A stretch of DNA of 64,000 bases from an uncultured Gammaproteobacteria bacterium (GTDB lineage Bacteria; Patescibacteriota; Patescibacteriia; UBA1558; GWA2-36-10). The position numbers and the translations under genes are program-made. The stretch's first letter is position 1; every line of letters starts with the position of its first letter. Shown here one piece after another: positions 56,816 to 64,000 of this stretch. The notes beneath the pieces were generated by a model. That model saw only the letters and a program-made list of their open reading frames with translations. It made no database searches and had not been told where the DNA came from. Where the stretch lies: assembly GCA_964633905.1 (NCBI GenBank), contig CAZWIT010000005.1, forward strand, positions 26,610-90,609, written 5' to 3'.

Positions 56816-57499
56816 CTAGCGCTGATTTGGGTAGATGAAAACATTCCAACCTAGGAGGTGTTCGACGCCGTTGTCGTCAACCCAGATCACATTGTCTGGA
56901 TTATCGTCGATAATCATATAGTAACTGCGCACGCCGCCGCTATAACCACCGTAGCAGTTTTCCAGCGGGTAGGCATAGAAGGTTACAGGGCCCGGTTGCA
57001 GTTTGCGGATCTTGGTCGACTGTCCAGGGTAGAGGATGCCGTAGTCGTTGTTACGGTCATCGGTAACATGGAAGCTACAAACTTCCTTGTTCATGATCAC
57101 ACCCAACTGCGGCACTTTGCCCCGCAAGAAGAAGTCGTCAACGTAGATTACGTCTCCAGGAAAGACTCCGGTACGAGTAAGTTCAAGTTCGTCCAGGGTC
57201 TCGTTTACGCCCTTCTTTCGCGGAAAGACGATAGTCCAACGTTCCTCTCGATCCGACCTACGGTGGAAAGTGTGGCTAGTGCCTGGCAGTATCTCGATGC
57301 GGCTTTCGTTTTCCGGCCCAACGAAAAAGGGGCCGGTACCGGTGTTTACCCAGGCCTTGTCGATAGAGACAGCCGGATCTGACCTGGGAAAGGTCAGACT
57401 GTCGCCATGCTCGTTCAGGAGCCGCGGGCCAGCGCAGGCGCTGAGGAGCGTGAGCAGTCCAAGGGCCAGCGCAAACAGCAAGTAAGTCTTGTATTTCAT
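56816..57499 (-). CDS. High-GC (about 52%) secreted lipoprotein, unknown function; compositionally foreign
   Basis: MKYKTYLLFALALGLLTLLSAC is a signal peptide with a lipobox. Codon usage is rich in CTG, GCC and CGC, unlike all neighbouring genes. Confidence 0.6.
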   Translation of the reverse strand: MKYKTYLLFALALGLLTLLSACAGPRLLNEHGDSLTFPRSDPAVSIDKAWVNTGTGPFFVGPENESRIEILPGTSHTFHRRSDREERWTIVFPRKKGVNETLDELELTRTGVFPGDVIYVDDFFLRGKVPQLGVIMNKEVCSFHVTDDRNNDYGILYPGQSTKIRKLQPGPVTFYAYPLENCYGGYSGGVRSYYMIIDDNPDNVIWVDDNGVEHLLGWNVFIYPNQR

Positions 57500-57638
57500 T
57501 GTCTTACCTCTTTTCTGTTAAGGAGCCAGTGCCATCACTAGGTATTAGGATGGCATTTTGAGTTAACATTATATTATATACTATTTTTATGTTTTTGTCA
57601 ATAGATAAACTAAAATAATCTTATGTTATAATGTTATT

Positions 57639-59567
57639 ATGTTTTTTAATAAAATTAAAAATAAGCTCTCTAATTTTATTTTAGATAAAAAAATAGAGAA
57701 AAAGACTCTAAGGCTATTGTGGCTTTTTATTTTATTATATATTGCCATTTTTTTATTTTTGGTATTTAAGCGCTATCATTATTTTACTTATAATATCAGT
57801 GATCTGGCTATTTTTAATCAAACTTTTTTTAATACTATACATGGTCGCTGGTTTGATGAAACCGTAACTTTAAATAATTATTTTGCCGACCACTTTTCGC
57901 CTATCATTTTTTTGTTATTACCTTTTTATTTTTTATTACCCTCACCTCTTACTCTACTTAGTCTGCAAACTATTGGCTTGGGGCTAGCTGCTTGGCAACT
58001 TTTTTATTTAAGCAGAGAAATTAGCAAAAATGATAAAGTGTCTTTGTTGGTAGCTACTATTTGGTTATTGAATCCAATGCTACAAGCAGCTAATCTGGAT
58101 GAGAACCATTTATTGTATTTGGTGCCAGGCTTAGTTTTTGCTACAGCTTATTTTTATTTAAAAAATAGATTTTCTTATTTTCTATTATTTTTTATTTTAG
58201 CTTTATTAATACGAGAAGACATTGCTTTAATCATGCTCATGTGGTCTGTGCTAGCTAAACTTGATAAAAAAGATAAACAGTGGATTATTAGCCCGCTAGT
58301 ATTAGCTTTAACATATTTTATATTGGCTATTAGTATTATTAAATCTTTGGCTAGCAATGATAGTTATAAATTTTTTAATTATTATAACTGGCTAGGCGGG
58401 GACGATTTATTTAGTATTATAGCTAGTTGGCTTACTCATCCTTTGGCAGTTATGCAACATTTATTAAGTTGGAATAATATTTCGGGTATTTTGATAATAT
58501 TATTACCTCTTTTATATTTACCACTTATAAAACCAAAATATTTATTGCTATCGCTATTAACTTTTTTACAGCTAGCTATGACTACTAGAGGCTTTAGTAG
58601 TGTAGCTTATATGACTCGTTTTTCCCTTTTGCTTTTACCTAGTATTTTTATTTCTTTTATTTTTTCTTTAGACTATATTCAAGCTAAAAAAGGTTTTTTG
58701 TTTAGTAATTTTATTTATAAGAATTTCGCTTTTAGTAAATTTTTGATGTTTTTTACTGTGCTTTATTTTTTTATCTTTTTATCACCAGCCAGACATGTAG
58801 CTTTTAAAAAATATGACCAAGAGCAAAGGCTAAATCAGTATTCAATGCTACAGGCTGTACCAGCAGACAAGAGCATTACTGCTACTAATAATTTTTTGCC
58901 GCAATTAAGCAATCGACAATTTCTTTATAATATTGATTATGTTTATTTTAGACGTACGCAATTTAGTCAGGCAGTATTTAAGCCAATTGATACGGATTAT
59001 CTTTTACTTGATTATAGCGATTTTTTGACTACTATTGCTGATGCTAAAAGTAGCATTGCTTTGGCAGAATATTGGCCTAATATGCCTTTAGAGTGGCGTG
59101 AATTTTTACAAAATTACTCTTTAATTAAGGCAGAAAATAATGTCTTGTTATGGCAAATAAAAAACCAGGCTAATGGTTCTGGTTTAAAGCTTTATGAACT
59201 ACAAGACAAGGATCAATTACAAGCAGCTAATAATTTTTTATTTAGTAAAGCTAGCATTTTAAATCAGAGCCACAGAGTTTTGAAATTGACTATCCAAGAT
59301 ATTGGCAATGTCGATAATTCTTATTTGATTCGTTTTTATAGTCGGAATAGTTATTTTGACATGCCCTTGGACTACGGTCTAATGACAAGCGTTGATTGGC
59401 AACAAAAAATAGCCAGCTTTTATTATTATCTTAATCCCAGCGTAGAGAATTATCAGATTTTTTCCTGGCAGGGTATTAATAAATTAGGTCTAGAACAACA
59501 AGTTTATCTAGATAAAAAGCTGGAAAAAATCACTGATAAGATTGCTTTTACTGATAATGAGTTTTGA
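57639..59567 (+). CDS. Polytopic membrane protein with large C-terminal extracytoplasmic domain (GT-C-like glycosyltransferase candidate)
   Basis: 642 aa. About 10-12 N-terminal TM helices are followed by an approximately 250-aa soluble domain. The layout matches GT-C-fold enzymes. Confidence 0.45.
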   Translation: MFFNKIKNKLSNFILDKKIEKKTLRLLWLFILLYIAIFLFLVFKRYHYFTYNISDLAIFNQTFFNTIHGRWFDETVTLNNYFADHFSPIIFLLLPFYFLLPSPLTLLSLQTIGLGLAAWQLFYLSREISKNDKVSLLVATIWLLNPMLQAANLDENHLLYLVPGLVFATAYFYLKNRFSYFLLFFILALLIREDIALIMLMWSVLAKLDKKDKQWIISPLVLALTYFILAISIIKSLASNDSYKFFNYYNWLGGDDLFSIIASWLTHPLAVMQHLLSWNNISGILIILLPLLYLPLIKPKYLLLSLLTFLQLAMTTRGFSSVAYMTRFSLLLLPSIFISFIFSLDYIQAKKGFLFSNFIYKNFAFSKFLMFFTVLYFFIFLSPARHVAFKKYDQEQRLNQYSMLQAVPADKSITATNNFLPQLSNRQFLYNIDYVYFRRTQFSQAVFKPIDTDYLLLDYSDFLTTIADAKSSIALAEYWPNMPLEWREFLQNYSLIKAENNVLLWQIKNQANGSGLKLYELQDKDQLQAANNFLFSKASILNQSHRVLKLTIQDIGNVDNSYLIRFYSRNSYFDMPLDYGLMTSVDWQQKIASFYYYLNPSVENYQIFSWQGINKLGLEQQVYLDKKLEKITDKIAFTDNEF

Positions 59568-59570
59568 GCA

Positions 59571-61151
59571 TTAAGGCTCAAGTACTTTTAGTAAAATAAA
59601 ACGTTCATTATTGATCATTGTTTGCAGATAGGGCTCATTACTAAGCCATTTTTTTTCATTAAAATCAGAAACAAAGTCACTGCTAATAAAAATATAATCA
59701 ATACTTCTTTCCCTTAGCCAAGCGCTGATATCATGAGCTTCTGCCAAGAGCCCTTCAAGCTCTTGGTTTTTTTTATCAAATTCCCAAGTTTGCATGCGGT
59801 GACCAATATAAACATTTCTAGCAGTAAAAGCCGGTATTTGAATACCATCGTTGGGGTAGCTCAAAAAAACATCACCAGGCTTTGATTCTTGTTTTATTAT
59901 TTGCCAAATATTTTTGCGCCCATTATCAAAAAACATCATGTTATTATAAGCCTCTAGATAATAGATGGGCACAATTGTTTTTAACAAAGTATCAAAAAAA
60001 ATAAAAAAAGCGATAATAGACAGGTAAATATATTTTAGCTTTGATTTTTTATTTAAATATTTTATTCCATAAAAAGCAATAATACACAAAGCAATATGCC
60101 AGCCATTGCTGAGGCGACGATTAAAATCTAGGGGCAAATAAACCAAGATAAAACCAAGCAATGACCAAAGGCAAGTTAGCAGTAGGTAGTTATTTTTTAA
60201 AATAAGCTCTTTATTTTTCTTGATATATACTAAGCCCAAGATAAAAAGTAACAAGATCAGACCATAACCAATGATATAGGATAAAAGATTTGGCGATTTT
60301 AGTATATTTTGTTGATGATGTTCAGACATTACCGGATCTTGTAATAGCCACCAGTAATAATAAGCCATAGGCAGTGATGTGAATAGCAGGATTAAATAAT
60401 AAGAAATTATTTTTTTTGACTTATTTAAATACATGATGCACAGGCTAGTAAGTCCGGCAACGCTTAATATGATTGGTATATCGTAAGGATGGATTAAACT
60501 CAAAAATAGATTGCTAATAAACAATAATATGATATAGATTGTTTTTTTACTTTCATAAGCCTTAATAAACAATGAAAATGTCAGTAATATCAGGGTTTGT
60601 GACATGATAAATAGTGGTGACTGGGTCAAAGCATCAAAGGTAATGCTCTCCGGCATCCAAATGCTAGTAGGCAGGATATTGTGTTGCTCTAAGGAGGGGT
60701 AGGCTAGGTAGGCAAAGCCATTAGAAAATAATATAAAAAGCAGGGGCCAAAATATTTTGGCACCAAATATTTTTTTTAAAAGCCAGATCAATATCAAAAT
60801 AAATATTAGGCTTGTAATTAATCTAATAATAAAATAGCTAACAATGCTCGAGTTAAACAAATTACTAAATTGCCCCATCAAATACCAGTGGGGAGCAAAT
60901 AAATCTCGGTTTTGTGCTTTGTAATTATATAGGTTATCGATAAATATTTTACCTTGGGCACCTTGTTCGATATTGGATAAATAAACAAAGTGATCGCCAC
61001 TATTAACAAAAGGTATAGATAGGTAGTTTAGACCTTTATTATAAGCAGTATAAAAACCAATAATATGATTTAAATTATTACTGATTAAAAAAGTTAAAAT
61101 TAATAAAATTAGTTTCCAATTATGCTTTAAGTAAGAACTAATACTTCTCAT
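59571..61151 (-). CDS. Polytopic membrane protein with C-terminal extracytoplasmic domain (GT-C/PMT-ArnT-like candidate)
   Basis: 526 aa. The first extracytoplasmic loop contains an acidic segment (SGDHFVYLSNIEQG). Multi-TM N-terminal half and a soluble C-terminal domain. Confidence 0.45.
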   Translation of the reverse strand: MRSISSYLKHNWKLILLILTFLISNNLNHIIGFYTAYNKGLNYLSIPFVNSGDHFVYLSNIEQGAQGKIFIDNLYNYKAQNRDLFAPHWYLMGQFSNLFNSSIVSYFIIRLITSLIFILILIWLLKKIFGAKIFWPLLFILFSNGFAYLAYPSLEQHNILPTSIWMPESITFDALTQSPLFIMSQTLILLTFSLFIKAYESKKTIYIILLFISNLFLSLIHPYDIPIILSVAGLTSLCIMYLNKSKKIISYYLILLFTSLPMAYYYWWLLQDPVMSEHHQQNILKSPNLLSYIIGYGLILLLFILGLVYIKKNKELILKNNYLLLTCLWSLLGFILVYLPLDFNRRLSNGWHIALCIIAFYGIKYLNKKSKLKYIYLSIIAFFIFFDTLLKTIVPIYYLEAYNNMMFFDNGRKNIWQIIKQESKPGDVFLSYPNDGIQIPAFTARNVYIGHRMQTWEFDKKNQELEGLLAEAHDISAWLRERSIDYIFISSDFVSDFNEKKWLSNEPYLQTMINNERFILLKVLEP

Positions 61152-62743
61152 AGTTCGATTTTATAAATATTAAAATAAGCATCTTTATATAACAAGGGTA
61201 AATTAGGATCCTGGTCCAAGGCCTGAATTAATTTTTCATGGTCTTTTTTTTCAACAAAAATATATTCAGCTCGGTAGTTATCTTTTATTTCTTTAGCTAG
61301 ATTAACCCGAATATTGCCTCTGGTAATATCACTATATTTTTGTTGCAGCTGGGGGTCATAGTTGTACATGAAAGTAAAATCTAGACCAATGATATAGCGA
61401 TTATGATCATTAAAATAAAACAACATTGGCCATTCGTCCCAATCGCTATGGAAAACAATACTATCTTTAGGGGTATTCTGTTTTAGCCAGTTACTTGCTG
61501 CTTGATAGCGTAGGCGAGGATGTTCGCTTGGTATATTAGTATTTAGTATCTGCTGATAGATGATGGGCATTAACAATGTTCCTAATACAAATAAGCTGCT
61601 CAAGAGGAATGTTTTTAGCTGCCAACTTAAGTCTTGCCAAATATCTGATATTTTTTGCCACTTAAAAATTTTTATAATATCACTAGTACCGCTAGCGACA
61701 AATAGTAATAAGAAAGGAGAATAGTATTCGGTATAGCGAATTGATTTTAAGCTTAAAAATAAAAAAGCAAAGCTTAATAAAAAACTAAACCAGCTTAAAC
61801 GGCTGATTTTTTTGATATTAAAAAATAATAAAACAAAGATTATACTAGCCATTATAAAAATTAGTAGAGAGGTGCTAGCGAGGATTGAGTGAAAACTAGC
61901 TCCGTACCATTCACCACCAACTGGAAATTGGCCGCTTTTGTTGATTAAACCGATTTGAAAAAATTGTTGGTAGTAAGCATAGGTGTTTTGAGGGAAGTAA
62001 GGATTGATGATAATTCCGCTTAGCAAACCAGCCAGTAGATATCGGGCTAATTTTTTGAGGTCAAAGTGTTCGTGGACGCTATTTAAAATAATGACAATTT
62101 TATTATGAAATAATTTTATTTTCTGGTGATGGATAAAAGCGTAGATATAATCGGCTAGATAAAATATTATAAAAATAAAAATAGCCAATGGCCAGCCGCC
62201 ATAGAGCCAGACATAGATAAATCCCAGGGCAGCTAAGGTTTTATATTTTTTTTGGAAAAAAGCATAAATAAGCAGCCAGACCATAATCAGCGACAAGCCG
62301 GTAATTTTTATTAAGGACAAGCGGAAACTTAAGGCAGGTAGGATAATCAGTAATAAACTAAAAAACCAAGGCCAGGATATTTTGAATTTTTTTAGTAGCC
62401 AATAAAAAACCAAGGCTTGAGCAGTGGCAAAAATAACAGCTGATATTTTTACACCTAAAAGAGGGTCGTTGTTAATGAGGGTAAGTGGTGCTTGGAGCAA
62501 ATGGTATAGTAAATGCTGGTCCGTAAAATTATCACGCAGGCTGCTAAATTGCATCCAGGGCATGGATTTCAAGAAATGGCCGTGAGCAAGCAAGTTAGCT
62601 AGTTTAGCATGAAAAAAACCATCTGGATCACCAATATAATCGTTCCATTGTAGCCTAGTATAGTGAGCAACTATAAATAAGCCTAATACTATATAATCAA
62701 GCTTAAGACTATTTAATATTTTTTTAGTTTTGCCGACAGTCAT
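61148..62743 (-). CDS. Polytopic membrane protein with C-terminal extracytoplasmic domain (GT-C/PMT-ArnT-like candidate)
   Basis: 531 aa. The first loop carries DYIGDPDGFFHAKL, an acidic DxD-like motif. Same layout as the upstream paralog, and the gene overlaps it by 4 nt. Confidence 0.45.
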   Translation of the reverse strand: MTVGKTKKILNSLKLDYIVLGLFIVAHYTRLQWNDYIGDPDGFFHAKLANLLAHGHFLKSMPWMQFSSLRDNFTDQHLLYHLLQAPLTLINNDPLLGVKISAVIFATAQALVFYWLLKKFKISWPWFFSLLLIILPALSFRLSLIKITGLSLIMVWLLIYAFFQKKYKTLAALGFIYVWLYGGWPLAIFIFIIFYLADYIYAFIHHQKIKLFHNKIVIILNSVHEHFDLKKLARYLLAGLLSGIIINPYFPQNTYAYYQQFFQIGLINKSGQFPVGGEWYGASFHSILASTSLLIFIMASIIFVLLFFNIKKISRLSWFSFLLSFAFLFLSLKSIRYTEYYSPFLLLFVASGTSDIIKIFKWQKISDIWQDLSWQLKTFLLSSLFVLGTLLMPIIYQQILNTNIPSEHPRLRYQAASNWLKQNTPKDSIVFHSDWDEWPMLFYFNDHNRYIIGLDFTFMYNYDPQLQQKYSDITRGNIRVNLAKEIKDNYRAEYIFVEKKDHEKLIQALDQDPNLPLLYKDAYFNIYKIEL

Positions 62744-63014
62744 TAGAGGTTTTTAGGCTAGTAATATCTCTTTGCTTAAAATAATACTCCTTTATTCTAT
62801 CAAAAAAGTACTTTTTAATAAAGAAAAAGATCCCCGCCAGGCATGGATACGGGGATCAAGATATACTCAATAATAATGGAACTAATTCTTTCAGATTTAG
62901 TTTATTCTTTATTCTAAAGCTAGTCAAGGGCCTAGTAGTTTTTGGGTTGATTTTTTGCTTGATAATTGATAAGATAGACCTAAACTATGATTAATTTTTG
63001 TAATTATTTTATCT

Positions 63015-63719
63015 ATGAGTGGACATTCCAAATGGGCAACAACTAAACGTGCTAAAGCGGTTACTGATTCTAAGCGTAGCAGCTTATTTACTAAGTTATC
63101 AAAAAATATTACGGTTGCAGCCAGAGATGGCGCTGATCCAGCTACTAATTTTAAACTACGCATTGCCATTGATCAGGCTCGTAATTTTAATATGCCTAAA
63201 GATAATGTTGAAAGGGCTATTAATAAGGCAAGTGGTCCTGGCACGGGAGCTATTTTGGAAAGTTTATTATATGAAGCCTATGGTCCAGACGGGATTGCTA
63301 TTTTGATAGAAGTAGTAACTGATAATCGCAATAGAACCGTATCTAATTTAAAACATATTTTAAATAAATACGATGGCAGCTTGGCAGGTGCTGGCAGTGT
63401 AATGTGGATGTTTGATACGCGGGGACAAATTATATTAGAAACTAAAGATTTGAGCGAAGCGGATGAGCTGGATGTTATTGAAGCTGGCGCCATTGATATT
63501 ATTCGGGACGATCAAGTAAAAGTAATTACTGGCATTAATGATTTAGAAAAAGTAAAAAATATTATCCAAGCTAAAAATATAAAAATCTCTGCTTCCGAAT
63601 TAGTCTATTTAGCAAAAACTTTAGTAGAGCCCAAAGACTCAGAAAAACTTTTAAAGCTTTTAGATACTATTGATGATGACGATGACGTTAATAATATCTA
63701 TACCAACGCCAATATTTAA
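63015..63719 (+). CDS. yebC: YebC/PmpR-family transcriptional regulator
   Basis: The N-terminus MSGHSKWATTKRAKAVTDSKR and the overall 234-aa YebC layout match the family, and ruvC lies immediately downstream, which is the conserved yebC-ruvC arrangement. Confidence 0.85.
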   Translation: MSGHSKWATTKRAKAVTDSKRSSLFTKLSKNITVAARDGADPATNFKLRIAIDQARNFNMPKDNVERAINKASGPGTGAILESLLYEAYGPDGIAILIEVVTDNRNRTVSNLKHILNKYDGSLAGAGSVMWMFDTRGQIILETKDLSEADELDVIEAGAIDIIRDDQVKVITGINDLEKVKNIIQAKNIKISASELVYLAKTLVEPKDSEKLLKLLDTIDDDDDVNNIYTNANI

Positions 63720-63721
63720 TC

Positions 63722-64000
63722 ATGGCAAATAATATAAAAATTTTAGGTTTAGATCCAGGTTTTGCGGACACTGGTTTTGGTTTAATTACTAAAACAGATA
63801 GAGAAATAAAATTAGTAGCCGTTGGTACTATTAGGACAGCTGCTATTTTAAGTTTTTCTAAAAGGCTAGCTGAAATTTATCAAGAAGTAAAATCTTTATT
63901 AGAGCAATATCAGCCAGATTTAGTGGCTATTGAAAAGCTTTATTTTGCTACTAATACTAAAACTGCTTTAGATGTTGGCCACGCCCGCGGCGTTATTTTA
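63722..64000 (+). CDS. ruvC: Crossover junction endodeoxyribonuclease RuvC (N-terminal fragment; continues beyond window)
   Basis: Hand translation gives MANNIKILGLDPGFADTGFGLI...LVAIEKLYFATNTKTALDVGHARGVIL, carrying the catalytic Asp in LGLDPG and Glu in AIEKLYF. It is absent from the ORF track because there is no in-window stop. Confidence 0.8.
   Translation, partial: MANNIKILGLDPGFADTGFGLITKTDREIKLVAVGTIRTAAILSFSKRLAEIYQEVKSLLEQYQPDLVAIEKLYFATNTKTALDVGHARGVIL

Noticed and set aside
56858-57382. 174-aa plus-strand ORF (and 57270-57485 +)
   Set aside because: It lies antisense to the high-GC lipoprotein gene. The lipoprotein has a signal peptide, lipobox and terminator context, while the plus-strand ORFs have none.
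62830-62860. Hairpin GATCCCCG-loop-CGGGGATC between the divergent 61148-62743 gene and yebC as a terminator
   Set aside because: It has a T-run only on the minus strand, and it lies upstream, not downstream, of the minus-strand gene. No transcript ends there logically, so it may be a regulatory hairpin, but the evidence is too thin to call.
1-64000. CRISPR arrays, transposases, integrases, prophage genes
   Set aside because: I scanned for regularly spaced direct repeats and for DDE, tyrosine or serine recombinase motifs and found none. The only repeats are the pilin paralogs and short intergenic palindromes.

Overview
This 64 kb window comes from a low-GC (roughly 30-35%), tightly packed bacterial chromosome. 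Gene content and style are consistent with a small-genome Patescibacteria/CPR-like organism; this is inference from many short divergent housekeeping proteins, weak Shine-Dalgarno usage and tandem TrbC/VirB2-like pilin paralogs. The window contains the chromosomal replication origin region: rpmH-rnpA-yidD-yidC on the minus strand, dnaA-dnaN on the plus strand, with DnaA boxes in both flanking spacers. Other housekeeping genes include trmD, a KH-domain protein, rpsP, smc, rnc, a NusB-NUDIX fusion, rpmF, ssb, prs, trxA/trxB, ruvA, a FemAB-MurE-like pair, rpoB-rpoC, ftsK, a RodZ-like protein, recA, yebC, ruvC, and three tRNAs (Val-GAC, Leu-TAG, Arg-CCT). The most unusual region is a cell-envelope locus at about 48.8-62.7 kb. 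It holds a Wzx-like flippase, an O-antigen-ligase (WaaL/PglL-family) protein, GalU, an orphan solute-binding lipoprotein, a tandem array of six TrbC/VirB2-like pilin paralogs, and three GT-C-like polytopic membrane proteins. One pilin carries a fused Cys-rich domain, and two copies show recent gene conversion. I read this locus as a candidate pilus or surface-protein glycosylation and assembly system. Other points of interest: two compositionally foreign high-GC islands (about 50-55% GC) encoding secreted lipoproteins and an OMP-like protein (positions 1-1960 and 56816-57499); two GC-rich, terminator-delimited structured ncRNA candidates between rnc and smc; a CsoR-family repressor with a palindromic operator upstream of trxA-trxB; a 63-aa Cys/His-rich protein; a promoter- and terminator-bounded sRNA candidate; and a giant LTD/PKD surface protein. 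The ORF track misses several real genes, either because they are under 60 aa (rpmF, rpmH) or because they run off the window edge (ruvC, a lipoprotein at the 5' end). No CRISPR array and no transposase or integrase was seen.
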